From NCBI GenBank assembly GCA_964408705.1, contig CAYPAI010000001.1, positions 63,750 to 127,749 of the forward strand: DNA of 64,000 nt. Reading direction: 5' to 3'. Below, one piece after another: positions 56,477-64,000 of this stretch (position 1 is the first letter of the stretch; each line of letters opens with the position of its first letter). A model generated the notes under the pieces. It was given only the letters and a program-made list of their open reading frames with translations. It ran no database searches and was not told the origin of the DNA. The position numbers and the translations under genes are program-made. The DNA is from Candidatus Woesearchaeota archaeon. GTDB lineage: Archaea; Nanobdellota; Nanobdellia; SCGC-AAA011-G17; PNOQ01.

Positions 56477-58713
56477 TCTTCATAGGATTCTTCAATAATT
56501 CTTTTAATTTCTTTTGCACGTTTTACGCCAACTCCTTCAATTTTTTCTAATTTTTTACTATCACACTTAACTATATTTTTTATACTCTTCAAATCTTTTA
56601 GTATGTTTTTTGAAGTAGTAGGGCCAATGCTAGGAAAAGACTCTACAATAAACTCTTGTTGTTCTTTAGTAGTTAGAGGCTTCCGATCTAATCTGACTCC
56701 AAAGTCTTTTGAGTTTGGTTTTTGTTCTCTTAATGAAATTATTCTGAGTAGTTCTGCAGTTTCTTGAGTAGTTTTAGTGTATAGTATAGGTATGCCATAA
56801 GATAGTGCTATAGTAGATAACATTCCCTTTATTGCATTAGGATGTATGTTCCTTACGGAGTATATATCTTCAGTTCCTTCAATGATAATTAATGGTTTTT
56901 CAAAATTTTCCCTTAGGCCCCTTAGCTGGGTAAACAATCTTTTGTCAATTATTGAATTTACAAAGTCTTTGGGTGTTTTTCTTTCTATTCCAATCTTTTC
57001 AGATATAATAAAATCTGCATATACTAGTGGTTTTATTTTTAGATTAATCCCTTGATCATGGATTAGTTTAGTTATTCCAGAGTTTGCTTCTCTAGAATCT
57101 GCATAAATTGTTGTGTTTGTTTTTTCAATAAATTTTTTGAGAGTAGGTTGTTTTTGTTTTGTTAATTCTTTTTTAACTTGATCTAGTACTGAATACATCC
57201 TTTTTTCCTTGTGATGTGCAGACCAAAAATTAGATTCATCTCTTGTATTTTTTGTAACTAATATAATGATTTTACCTTTATCGTGTCTTGCAGTTCTACC
57301 TCTTCTTTGTATTGCCCTTATTGCAGAGGGCACCGGTTCATAAAATATTACTAAATCTACTTTAGGTAAGTCTAATCCTTCTTCGCCAATCGAAGTAGAG
57401 ACTAAACAATTATAAATACTATTTTTAAAATCTTCAAGAATTGATATTTGTTCTTTCTGGTTCAGATTAATACCTTCTTTTTTAGATTGACCTACAAAAA
57501 GTTTTGCATTGAGGCCATTTAACTTATTTAGTTCGCTTTCTAATTCTCTTACAGAATTTCTATAATTATTGAATACTATTATTTTTATATTTGGGTTTTT
57601 TTTAATATGTTTTTTAATTATGTTTTTTAATGTTTCTTGTTTTGGGTGTTTTGATTTATTCTTTTTCAATTTTTCAACTAAGATAAATGCTGATTTGAAG
57701 TTTATGTCTGCAGTTAGGTTTTTTATGGCCTTAGTTTTTTTATTGCAGTCTACGAAAATGGAGTTAAGGTAATTATGTGTAGACTTAACTCCTTGTGTTT
57801 CTAATAAGTCTATAGTGTGCCCTATTTTTAGTATTTCTGCCAAGAGAGATATGGACCTAAATAGGTTATAGTCTTTTATTCCTCTTGCAATTTCTCCTTG
57901 GATTTGTGATTGAGATCTCAAGATTTCTGTTTTAGAAGGTTTTGAAGATAAATTAGCCACTCCTTGCAATTTTAATTTATCTAATTTTGAATGTAACGAA
58001 TCTTCTAGATATTTTTTAATTTTTTTAAACTCTTCAGGCAGTTCTACCATCTCTTTTTCAATTTTAACTTCTTGAACGTAAGGCTTTACATCTGGGTCAG
58101 ACTCTATTCTTATCTCTATTTCCTTAGAATATAAATTTTTACAAACTTCTAATATTTTTTTTAAATCTGAACCAGGTGATGCAGTAAGGCCAATAACTCT
58201 TTCAAAGTTAGAAGTCTTATGGTACTCTTTAGTTATCCAAGTGTAGGAGTAGTCTCGGACTGCCCTATGCGCTTCGTCTAAGATAAGGGTAGAAACTTCT
58301 TTTAGTGAAATATTTTTATTTATTAAGTCATTTTCTATGCATTGAGGTGTGCTTATTATTATTCTTGATTTTTCCCATAGTTCTTTCCGTTTAGAAGGTG
58401 GGACGAGCCCAGTAAACAAAGAAATATCTGATTCATTAGTGCTATCTTTTATTTCATTTAATATTTGATTTGCTAAAGGTTTAGTTGGCGTTAAGAAGAG
58501 AGATTTGCTTAATGGAAAATTTTTTAAGCGACTAATTAAGGCCATAATTGCAACCTTTGTTTTTCCTAGTCCAGTAGGGAGTACAACCAAGGTGTTGTTT
58601 TTTAAACAAGAGTTTAATATTGTTTCTTGATAGAGCCGTGGGTCAAAGGTTATATTTGTCATAATTTTAATTAATCGAATCTGTTTTATAAATCGTTTTG
58701 TTGTGCTTGTCAA
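56473..58713 (-). CDS. hef: Hef helicase-nuclease (SF2 helicase fused to ERCC4/XPF nuclease and HhH2)
   Basis: 746 aa; helicase motifs (PTGLGKT, DEAH in ILDEAHRAV), the ERKxxxD nuclease motif (GIERKTPKD) and a C-terminal HhH pair. Confidence 0.8.
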   Translation of the reverse strand: MTSTTKRFIKQIRLIKIMTNITFDPRLYQETILNSCLKNNTLVVLPTGLGKTKVAIMALISRLKNFPLSKSLFLTPTKPLANQILNEIKDSTNESDISLFTGLVPPSKRKELWEKSRIIISTPQCIENDLINKNISLKEVSTLILDEAHRAVRDYSYTWITKEYHKTSNFERVIGLTASPGSDLKKILEVCKNLYSKEIEIRIESDPDVKPYVQEVKIEKEMVELPEEFKKIKKYLEDSLHSKLDKLKLQGVANLSSKPSKTEILRSQSQIQGEIARGIKDYNLFRSISLLAEILKIGHTIDLLETQGVKSTHNYLNSIFVDCNKKTKAIKNLTADINFKSAFILVEKLKKNKSKHPKQETLKNIIKKHIKKNPNIKIIVFNNYRNSVRELESELNKLNGLNAKLFVGQSKKEGINLNQKEQISILEDFKNSIYNCLVSTSIGEEGLDLPKVDLVIFYEPVPSAIRAIQRRGRTARHDKGKIIILVTKNTRDESNFWSAHHKEKRMYSVLDQVKKELTKQKQPTLKKFIEKTNTTIYADSREANSGITKLIHDQGINLKIKPLVYADFIISEKIGIERKTPKDFVNSIIDKRLFTQLRGLRENFEKPLIIIEGTEDIYSVRNIHPNAIKGMLSTIALSYGIPILYTKTTQETAELLRIISLREQKPNSKDFGVRLDRKPLTTKEQQEFIVESFPSIGPTTSKNILKDLKSIKNIVKCDSKKLEKIEGVGVKRAKEIKRIIEESYED

Positions 58714-59483
58714 GAAAGATAAGAAGATTTTAAGATAAATAATATGAGTATGATTAGTGCAGTGATTCCTGCAAAGACCAAAGTTGTTAAAATGCTAGTT
58801 AGAGTTATTGCAGCTATTGAAAGAATCATAAATGCAAGGCTGAATATATACAAGAAAGGTGATCCAAAAAATATTTTAGAACCATCTAATCCTGAAAAAG
58901 GAACCATTGAAAAGATAGCAACAAAATAAGCAATTTTAGATATTATTTCAAATTGTCCAAGGTTGTGCAGTATTAGCCCAACAAATAGTAATGAAAGTGG
59001 GCCAACTAGATGCATAACTGCATTATCAAAATCAGAAATGTGTTCATATTTTTTATTGGTTCTTTGTATTCTTATTTCAGATATTTCTGAACTACCTACT
59101 GCTGAAAATTTAATTAAGCCATTAGATATGAATGAAAAGATTAATGGAAGAATAACCCCCACATTTATTTTTTTAAATTTTTTCCCAAATATCTTTAAAT
59201 TTGATATTTTTGATCTTTTATTAAACCAGAACCGAGTAATACTCCATAACCTAAATGTCGATTTACAACCATATTGTTTTGCAATAATTTTATGCGAAGA
59301 TTGATAGATTAATAAAACAATTGCTGAAGAAATGACTGAAAGTACCAAATTATTTAGTCCTACTGAAAAGATGAATGTTTCACCATACCCCCATTGCCTA
59401 AATGAAAAAATAAATCCTAAGACAAGTGAAGCTATTGCAATGTTCTTTATCTCAGTTTTATCAATAATTTCAGTTATTTTCAT
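58710..59483 (-). CDS. Multi-TM membrane protein, possibly a degenerate site-2-protease (M50)-like protein
   Basis: 257 aa; 6 TM helices. An LDG motif in a late TM (PFSGLDGSKIF) resembles the M50 motif, but no intact HExxH is present (SHKIIAKQYG instead). Confidence 0.35.
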   Translation of the reverse strand: MKITEIIDKTEIKNIAIASLVLGFIFSFRQWGYGETFIFSVGLNNLVLSVISSAIVLLIYQSSHKIIAKQYGCKSTFRLWSITRFWFNKRSKISNLKIFGKKFKKINVGVILPLIFSFISNGLIKFSAVGSSEISEIRIQRTNKKYEHISDFDNAVMHLVGPLSLLFVGLILHNLGQFEIISKIAYFVAIFSMVPFSGLDGSKIFFGSPFLYIFSLAFMILSIAAITLTSILTTLVFAGITALIILILFILKSSYLS

Positions 59484-60144
59484 TTTTTATTATCTTCATC
59501 ATTTCTTCTTCATGGCCTGCACCAATTATAGCTAGTATTTTCTTATTAGTGTGTGTCATTAATTTATTTAAGTTTTTTGCCATAAATAAATTCCTTTCAG
59601 TTACTAATACTAAATATACTGAGGGGTATTTTTTTTTAAATTCTGATGTTAATTTTTTTATTGTTTTTTTATCTGGTACTTCGTTCAAGTTTATGTTTTT
59701 TATTATTTTTTTATGTTGGCTAAAACTAAATATCTCCTTAACAAATCTCAATTTTTCTATTAGTGTTATTTTCTGAGAAAGTCTCCGTAATGTAAGTCTA
59801 ATGTCTCTATCTATCAACACCATGGGGATCTTTCTTTTTTTTGCAATTTTTATTGCAGAAGTCATATCTGAACCTGGAGAAACTTTTGTAATTTTTCCTA
59901 ACTTTTTACTGGACCAGGCACCAATTATATTAAACAAGAAACCAGTGATTCCAATTTTAGAAATGTCTTTCAATTTCAATTTTCTCTTTTTTTTGGTAAC
60001 TAGTGCTTCAAACCTTAGTGGGTCCAGTTCTAATGCAATTATTTCAGGTTCTTCTTTATCTATAGTTTTCTCTATTTCAAGTACACTTTCCTTAGAGATA
60101 TGGGAGGTCCCCACAAGAACTAGGTTTTTATATATTGGGGGCAT
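59470..60144 (-). CDS. TraB/PrgY/GumN-family protein
   Basis: 224 aa; GTSHIS N-terminal motif and GAGH C-terminal motif typical of the TraB family. It overlaps the downstream membrane-protein gene by 14 nt. Confidence 0.65.
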   Translation of the reverse strand: MPPIYKNLVLVGTSHISKESVLEIEKTIDKEEPEIIALELDPLRFEALVTKKKRKLKLKDISKIGITGFLFNIIGAWSSKKLGKITKVSPGSDMTSAIKIAKKRKIPMVLIDRDIRLTLRRLSQKITLIEKLRFVKEIFSFSQHKKIIKNINLNEVPDKKTIKKLTSEFKKKYPSVYLVLVTERNLFMAKNLNKLMTHTNKKILAIIGAGHEEEMMKIIKNENN

Positions 60145-60205
60145 AGTGTAGAAATATATATAAAGTTTAAAAGACTTCTGGATGATAGTTTAAGGAGGCG
60201 CTATA

Positions 60206-60484
60206 ATGTTAAGAACAAAGAGAGTATCTGATGTAATGAATATGTCTGTTTATACCGATTCTGGAGAGTATTTCGGAGAAATTGAGGAATCGCTTATAAC
60301 TTCAAACAAGATTTTCGGATGGAAAGTAAGATCAACCAAAAGGTCCTATTTGAATAGGGTTTTAGGTGGTGCTAAAGGAGTGATAGTTCCTCACCAGTTA
60401 GTTAAATCTATTGGGGATATAATGATAGTTACTAAGGCAGAAATTCCATCTTATGAGGAAAAAACACCAGAGATTATGAATTAA
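60206..60484 (+). CDS. PRC-barrel domain protein
   Basis: 92 aa; VYTDSGEYFGEIEESLITSNKIFGW pattern. Confidence 0.5.
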   Translation: MLRTKRVSDVMNMSVYTDSGEYFGEIEESLITSNKIFGWKVRSTKRSYLNRVLGGAKGVIVPHQLVKSIGDIMIVTKAEIPSYEEKTPEIMN

Positions 60485-60526
60485 AAACATAAGATTTAAA
60501 TATCTCTATCTTAATTTGATTTTAAA

Positions 60527-61051
60527 ATGGCATCTACATTACAAGGGACAATAGAATTTTTGAAAGAGTTCGGATTGTTTGATGTGATTCTACCATTTCT
60601 GTTAATATTTGCAATAACTTATGCAATTCTTAGTAAATCTGGAATTTTGGGGGAGAATAAAGATAATTTAAATTCAATAGTTTCTCTAGTCTTTGCCTTG
60701 TTAGTAGTATCTGCCAATAAAATCGTAGCAACAATAACTACTGCAATTCCAAATGTGTTGTTACTTGTAATTATAGCTTTTTCTTTCTTATTGTTAGTAG
60801 GAATATTTTATGGAGAAGGAAAGTTTCCAGATCTTGCAGGTTGGAAAAATTGGTTTATTTCTTTAATGTTTATAGGTGTTGTATCAATATTTCTTGGAGC
60901 GTGGACATTAGACTCTGGAGAAAGTTTATTGTCATATCTTTTTGGAAGATTGTATGAAAATGTTGGAAGTGATTTTGCTGGAGGGATAATTCTTCTAATT
61001 GTTGTGGTCTTAGTTATTAAGTACATTACTCAACAACCAAAGAAACCTTAA
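60527..61051 (+). CDS. Membrane protein, tandem paralog 1 of 3
   Basis: 174 aa; 4 TM helices; N-terminus FGLFDVILPFLLIFAITYAILSKSGILG is shared with the next two genes. Confidence 0.4.
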   Translation: MASTLQGTIEFLKEFGLFDVILPFLLIFAITYAILSKSGILGENKDNLNSIVSLVFALLVVSANKIVATITTAIPNVLLLVIIAFSFLLLVGIFYGEGKFPDLAGWKNWFISLMFIGVVSIFLGAWTLDSGESLLSYLFGRLYENVGSDFAGGIILLIVVVLVIKYITQQPKKP

Positions 61052-61055
61052 AAGA

Positions 61056-61607
61056 ATGGTTGATTTTTATTCCCTATTTTATGAGCTTGAAGCTAGTGGG
61101 TTTTATGAATATGTTCTTCCGTTTTTTTTGATTTTTGTAGTAGTTTTCGCAATATTGGAAAAAACAAGAATTTTAGGAATGGATGTTTCATCTAAAAAAC
61201 CAAAAACAAATCTTAATATAGTTCTTTCGATGATTCTTTCGATGATAGTATTATTTAATACAGATTTAATTTATCTTATGAATCAGACATTGTCTAATGT
61301 ATCTTTTTTTATAATTATTTCGGTGTTAGTTATGTTGCTTATTGCGTTATTTCATAATCCTAAGGACGGAAAACCTATGGGATTATCCATGGGGGCAGCA
61401 ACCATACTTGCCTTTACAGGAGTTTTATGGTCTTTAAATACGTCTTATTATGGTTTTGATATGTTGCCGTATTGGTTTTATTTAGATGATTCTATCCTTA
61501 GTTTAATTTTCTTTTTAGCATTATTCGGAATTATAATTTATTTTGTTACAGGGCCTCATGGGTCTTCTCCTAACGAGAAGGTTAAGGTGCTGGAAGTGAG
61601 GGATTAA
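61056..61607 (+). CDS. Membrane protein, tandem paralog 2 of 3
   Basis: 183 aa; N-terminus FYEYVLPFFLIFVVVFAILEKTRILG. Confidence 0.4.
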   Translation: MVDFYSLFYELEASGFYEYVLPFFLIFVVVFAILEKTRILGMDVSSKKPKTNLNIVLSMILSMIVLFNTDLIYLMNQTLSNVSFFIIISVLVMLLIALFHNPKDGKPMGLSMGAATILAFTGVLWSLNTSYYGFDMLPYWFYLDDSILSLIFFLALFGIIIYFVTGPHGSSPNEKVKVLEVRD

Positions 61608-61609
61608 AA

Positions 61610-62110
61610 TTGGCAACGTTCCTAGATATGGGATTATTAGAGTATTTTCTTCCACTATTTAGTTTTATTTTGATTTGGATAGTGCTATATGCGATTCTTC
61701 AAAAGTCTAAACTTCTTGGAGGAAAACCCATATTAGATGGTATAATTGGAATTGTAATTTCTTTAGTAGCTCTTCTTTCAGGAAGTACTTTTGAATTTGT
61801 TAATGCAATTATTCCCGGTTTTGTTATGTTGGGAATTGCCGCAGTAATGGTTTTATTCGCATCTTCAAGTATTTTGAAGGAAGGGATAGCGGACATACCA
61901 CCTCTTCAAGGAATAGTTCTTACCTTGGCCCTTATCATTATTATTTGGTCAATAACCGCAATTTTTGGTCCAGTATTTAATCCTTATTCTGCAGGTGCAG
62001 ACCCTAGTTGGGAAACCTTAAGGACTCTTTTTCACCCAAGAGTTTTGGGTGCAATTTTTATTTTGATAGTTGTGGCTAATACAATTAAGTTGATTGTAGA
62101 AACTAAGTGA
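61610..62110 (+). CDS. Membrane protein, tandem paralog 3 of 3
   Basis: 166 aa; N-terminus LLEYFLPLFSFILIWIVLYAILQKSKLLG. Confidence 0.4.
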   Translation: MATFLDMGLLEYFLPLFSFILIWIVLYAILQKSKLLGGKPILDGIIGIVISLVALLSGSTFEFVNAIIPGFVMLGIAAVMVLFASSSILKEGIADIPPLQGIVLTLALIIIIWSITAIFGPVFNPYSAGADPSWETLRTLFHPRVLGAIFILIVVANTIKLIVETK

Positions 62111-62743
62111 TTATTTGTTTAATTTGGTCGTTATCCTTTCTAAATCTTTAACACTCTTAGTTAAAGGATTTATTATTTTCTCCATAACCTTTTCTAAGGC
62201 CCTTAGTTCAGAACTTACATCGTTAATTCCTTCACCATACTCTGAAACCTTGCCCATTACAGCATTTTGCAAATTTTCTATCCTTGTTTGAGTTCTAATT
62301 ATTTCTTGTTTAATTCCAGAAACATCTGTGTCGATTCTTTCTTTCCATAATTTTAAGTCTCCTACATTTTTTACAAGGTCTTCCCATTTTTCACTGATTA
62401 TAGATTCTGCAATTTCTTCTATTACATCAAAACTTGCCCTTTCAGGAGATGGTTCGGAGATTTGAGGTGTTCCTTCTGCAGGAATTGTGGAAGTTGTCTG
62501 AGTGGGTTGAATAGGGCGTTGTATCATTTGAGGCGCAGGCTGAGGATGAGTCATTGGTTTCAAAGGTATACTTTCTCTTTCCTTGGCTGGATTTTTTTGC
62601 ATACTTGGAGATGGGGCATCTTCTAATCCTGCAGGAATTCCTTCAGGTGTGTTTCCAAATGAGGGTGCATTTATTGCACTCTTAATAGTAGAAATATCTT
62701 CTTTTTCCATCGTCTCTCTTTTTCTATTTGGTAGTTCTGGCAT
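62111..62743 (-). CDS. Pro/Gln/Thr-rich protein with C-terminal coiled coil
   Basis: 210 aa; low-complexity P-rich N-terminal half; a coiled-coil C-terminal half reminiscent of archaellum/pilus accessory (FlaC/D/E-like) proteins, which is a weak call. Confidence 0.3.
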   Translation of the reverse strand: MPELPNRKRETMEKEDISTIKSAINAPSFGNTPEGIPAGLEDAPSPSMQKNPAKERESIPLKPMTHPQPAPQMIQRPIQPTQTTSTIPAEGTPQISEPSPERASFDVIEEIAESIISEKWEDLVKNVGDLKLWKERIDTDVSGIKQEIIRTQTRIENLQNAVMGKVSEYGEGINDVSSELRALEKVMEKIINPLTKSVKDLERITTKLNK

Positions 62744-63110
62744 TTTTTAATTTATTTTTTTCTATAAGTTCTAAAACCTCTTCTTCAGTTATAAAGTTTA
62801 ATGGGTTCCACAGGTTAATATATTTTTCTAAAACTTTTACTTGGTCTTTTCTTGCAAAAAGATTTAATTCCTTTACAACAATTTTAATTGTTTTTTTTAT
62901 GTCAGATATATTTTCCTTTAGCTCTTTTATATCTTCATTGATCAATGAGATATCAGAATTTATTTTTTTATAGTGGTCGATCGTTGTCTGATTTATGGCT
63001 AATAGCCTTTCCCTAGTTAGATTATATTTTCCTTCTATGATCCTTAGCCTTGCATCAACATCTCCTGTTGCAAAGTGGTTGTTTGTTTGATTTTGTTCCA
63101 TTTTTATCAA
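62724..63110 (-). CDS. Coiled-coil protein
   Basis: 128 aa; heptad-rich; overlaps the previous gene by 20 nt. Confidence 0.3.
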   Translation of the reverse strand: MIKMEQNQTNNHFATGDVDARLRIIEGKYNLTRERLLAINQTTIDHYKKINSDISLINEDIKELKENISDIKKTIKIVVKELNLFARKDQVKVLEKYINLWNPLNFITEEEVLELIEKNKLKNARTTK

Positions 63111-63253
63111 TCGAAAATTATTTTAACGTAAATAATATATATTCATATAAATAATAAGCTTTATGTTATTTTTTATAAGTGGTGATTAAATTAGCAAAGG
63201 AAAAATTAAAGGCAGGGGAATACGAACTTCTTAATGAAGGAAAGGAAGAAGTA

Positions 63254-64000
63254 ATGAAAATAAATTTTCTTGGTTTATCTTTTTCACCTTCTTTAGAGAA
63301 TGATTCTTTTACGATGTCTGCGATAATAGATCGAATTATAGAGGTACCAAGTGTTAGTAGGATAATCCTTTCAGGAGATAAAAATTATCAGTATGGGTCT
63401 GATCAAATCCAGATGTTAAGAGAAATAGCAAATATCTATATTTTTTTAACTAGGCAGAAAAAGATTTTGAGTTCTTTTGAAGTAAATCCAGAATATTTTC
63501 AAAAAAGTCCATCCAGGTTTTCGGACTTGGAGTACTTAATTAATAATTTATTAAGGAGTGACCCTCTTGGTTCATATGTAGAAGTAAAAAGACTTATTCG
63601 TGAACAAAAAATAAGAATCAAACATATTAATAATATAAATGATATAAAAGATGAAGAAGCATATCTTTCATTATTAGAATCGGTTTATGGATTGTTAGAT
63701 AAATCTAAACTTGTAGAGTTTGTAAAAGAAGATCTTGATGGTTATTCTTTGGGGGATAGGTCTCTTTATGCAAGGGTGTTTAGGCCAATTATTTCTCCAA
63801 ATTTTATGTTGACTAGGTTGATGTCAAGAATTCCATTGGACGCACAAGAAATAGATGGTTACCCTGTTGATGATGTGACCCATGTTTTAATATTAAAAAC
63901 TAAGGATAATGTGAAGACTACTTACCATCTGATGCCTCCTGAATTCAATTTATCTGAAGACCATACTGAATTGTTAGATCTTGCGAAGACAATATTGTCA
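63254..64000 (+). CDS. Type II/IV secretion-system ATPase (FlaI/PilB/GspE-like), N-terminal part; truncated by the window end
   Basis: The ORF runs to the window edge. An ...YHLMPPEFNLSEDHTELLDLAKTIL segment resembles the conserved YxVxEPxLsxeE...L N-domain signature of archaeal FlaI/TadA-type ATPases. The ATPase core would lie beyond the window. Confidence 0.4.
   Translation, partial: MKINFLGLSFSPSLENDSFTMSAIIDRIIEVPSVSRIILSGDKNYQYGSDQIQMLREIANIYIFLTRQKKILSSFEVNPEYFQKSPSRFSDLEYLINNLLRSDPLGSYVEVKRLIREQKIRIKHINNINDIKDEEAYLSLLESVYGLLDKSKLVEFVKEDLDGYSLGDRSLYARVFRPIISPNFMLTRLMSRIPLDAQEIDGYPVDDVTHVLILKTKDNVKTTYHLMPPEFNLSEDHTELLDLAKTILS

Noticed and set aside
1-64000. Search for CRISPR arrays, rRNA genes and additional tRNAs
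   Set aside because: No spaced direct-repeat arrays were seen. The tandem repeats found (3995-4068, 34300-34700, 39021-39101, 41940-41990) are all in-frame coding repeats. No rRNA-like conserved blocks were found. Only the three T-loop-containing tRNA candidates listed were found by scanning for GGTTCGAATCC-like motifs.

Overview
This is a gene-dense, AT-rich archaeal chromosomal segment, about 90% coding. Reduced, DPANN-like features (inference): fused PriS-PriL primase; adk/cmk absent from the spc cluster; many small proteins. CONTENT. (1) The canonical archaeal spc ribosomal-protein cluster (S17-L14-L24-S4e-L5-S14-S8-L6-L32e-L19e-L18-S5-L30-L15-SecY), then an EMC3/DUF106-like membrane protein, L34e, L14e, prefoldin alpha, a primase, S17e and Alba. 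(2) tRNA-Met(CAT), tRNA-Ala(GGC) and tRNA-Lys(CTT) on the minus strand; RtcB and archease sit next to the tRNA-Ala. (3) A dense set of replication and repair genes: PolB, FEN1, RadB, TopA, a candidate divergent RNase HII, Hef, and an Orc1/Cdc6-PolD(DP1)-PolD(DP2) block. A predicted oriC lies directly upstream of orc1/cdc6 with two ORB-like dyads and a DUE. (4) Proteostasis genes (Cdc48, PAN, a PAC2 chaperone, MAP2), SerRS and ArgRS, a CPA2 K+/H+ antiporter and a Ca2+/cation antiporter. (5) A very large Cys-rich surface protein with 150-160-bp internal tandem repeats and a cohesin-like domain; a VKOR-family disulfide oxidoreductase lies elsewhere in the window. (6) The most unusual stretch is about 38.6-43.8 kb. 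It holds a Xer-type tyrosine recombinase preceded by a bacterial-dif-like 11-6-11 palindrome. It also holds a histone-H1-like K/A-repeat protein, small membrane peptides, two convergent paralogous coiled-coil/HTH proteins sharing a 14-bp repeat, a wHTH protein, a Cys-motif membrane peptide, a membrane-anchored JAMM/MPN+ metalloprotease and an overlapping small zinc ribbon. I interpret it as a candidate integrated mobile element or accessory island of unknown function. (7) The window ends with three tandem paralogous membrane proteins, two coiled-coil proteins and the truncated N-terminus of a FlaI/PilB-type secretion ATPase. No CRISPR array or rRNA gene was seen. All calls rest on motif recognition by eye, not on database searches.
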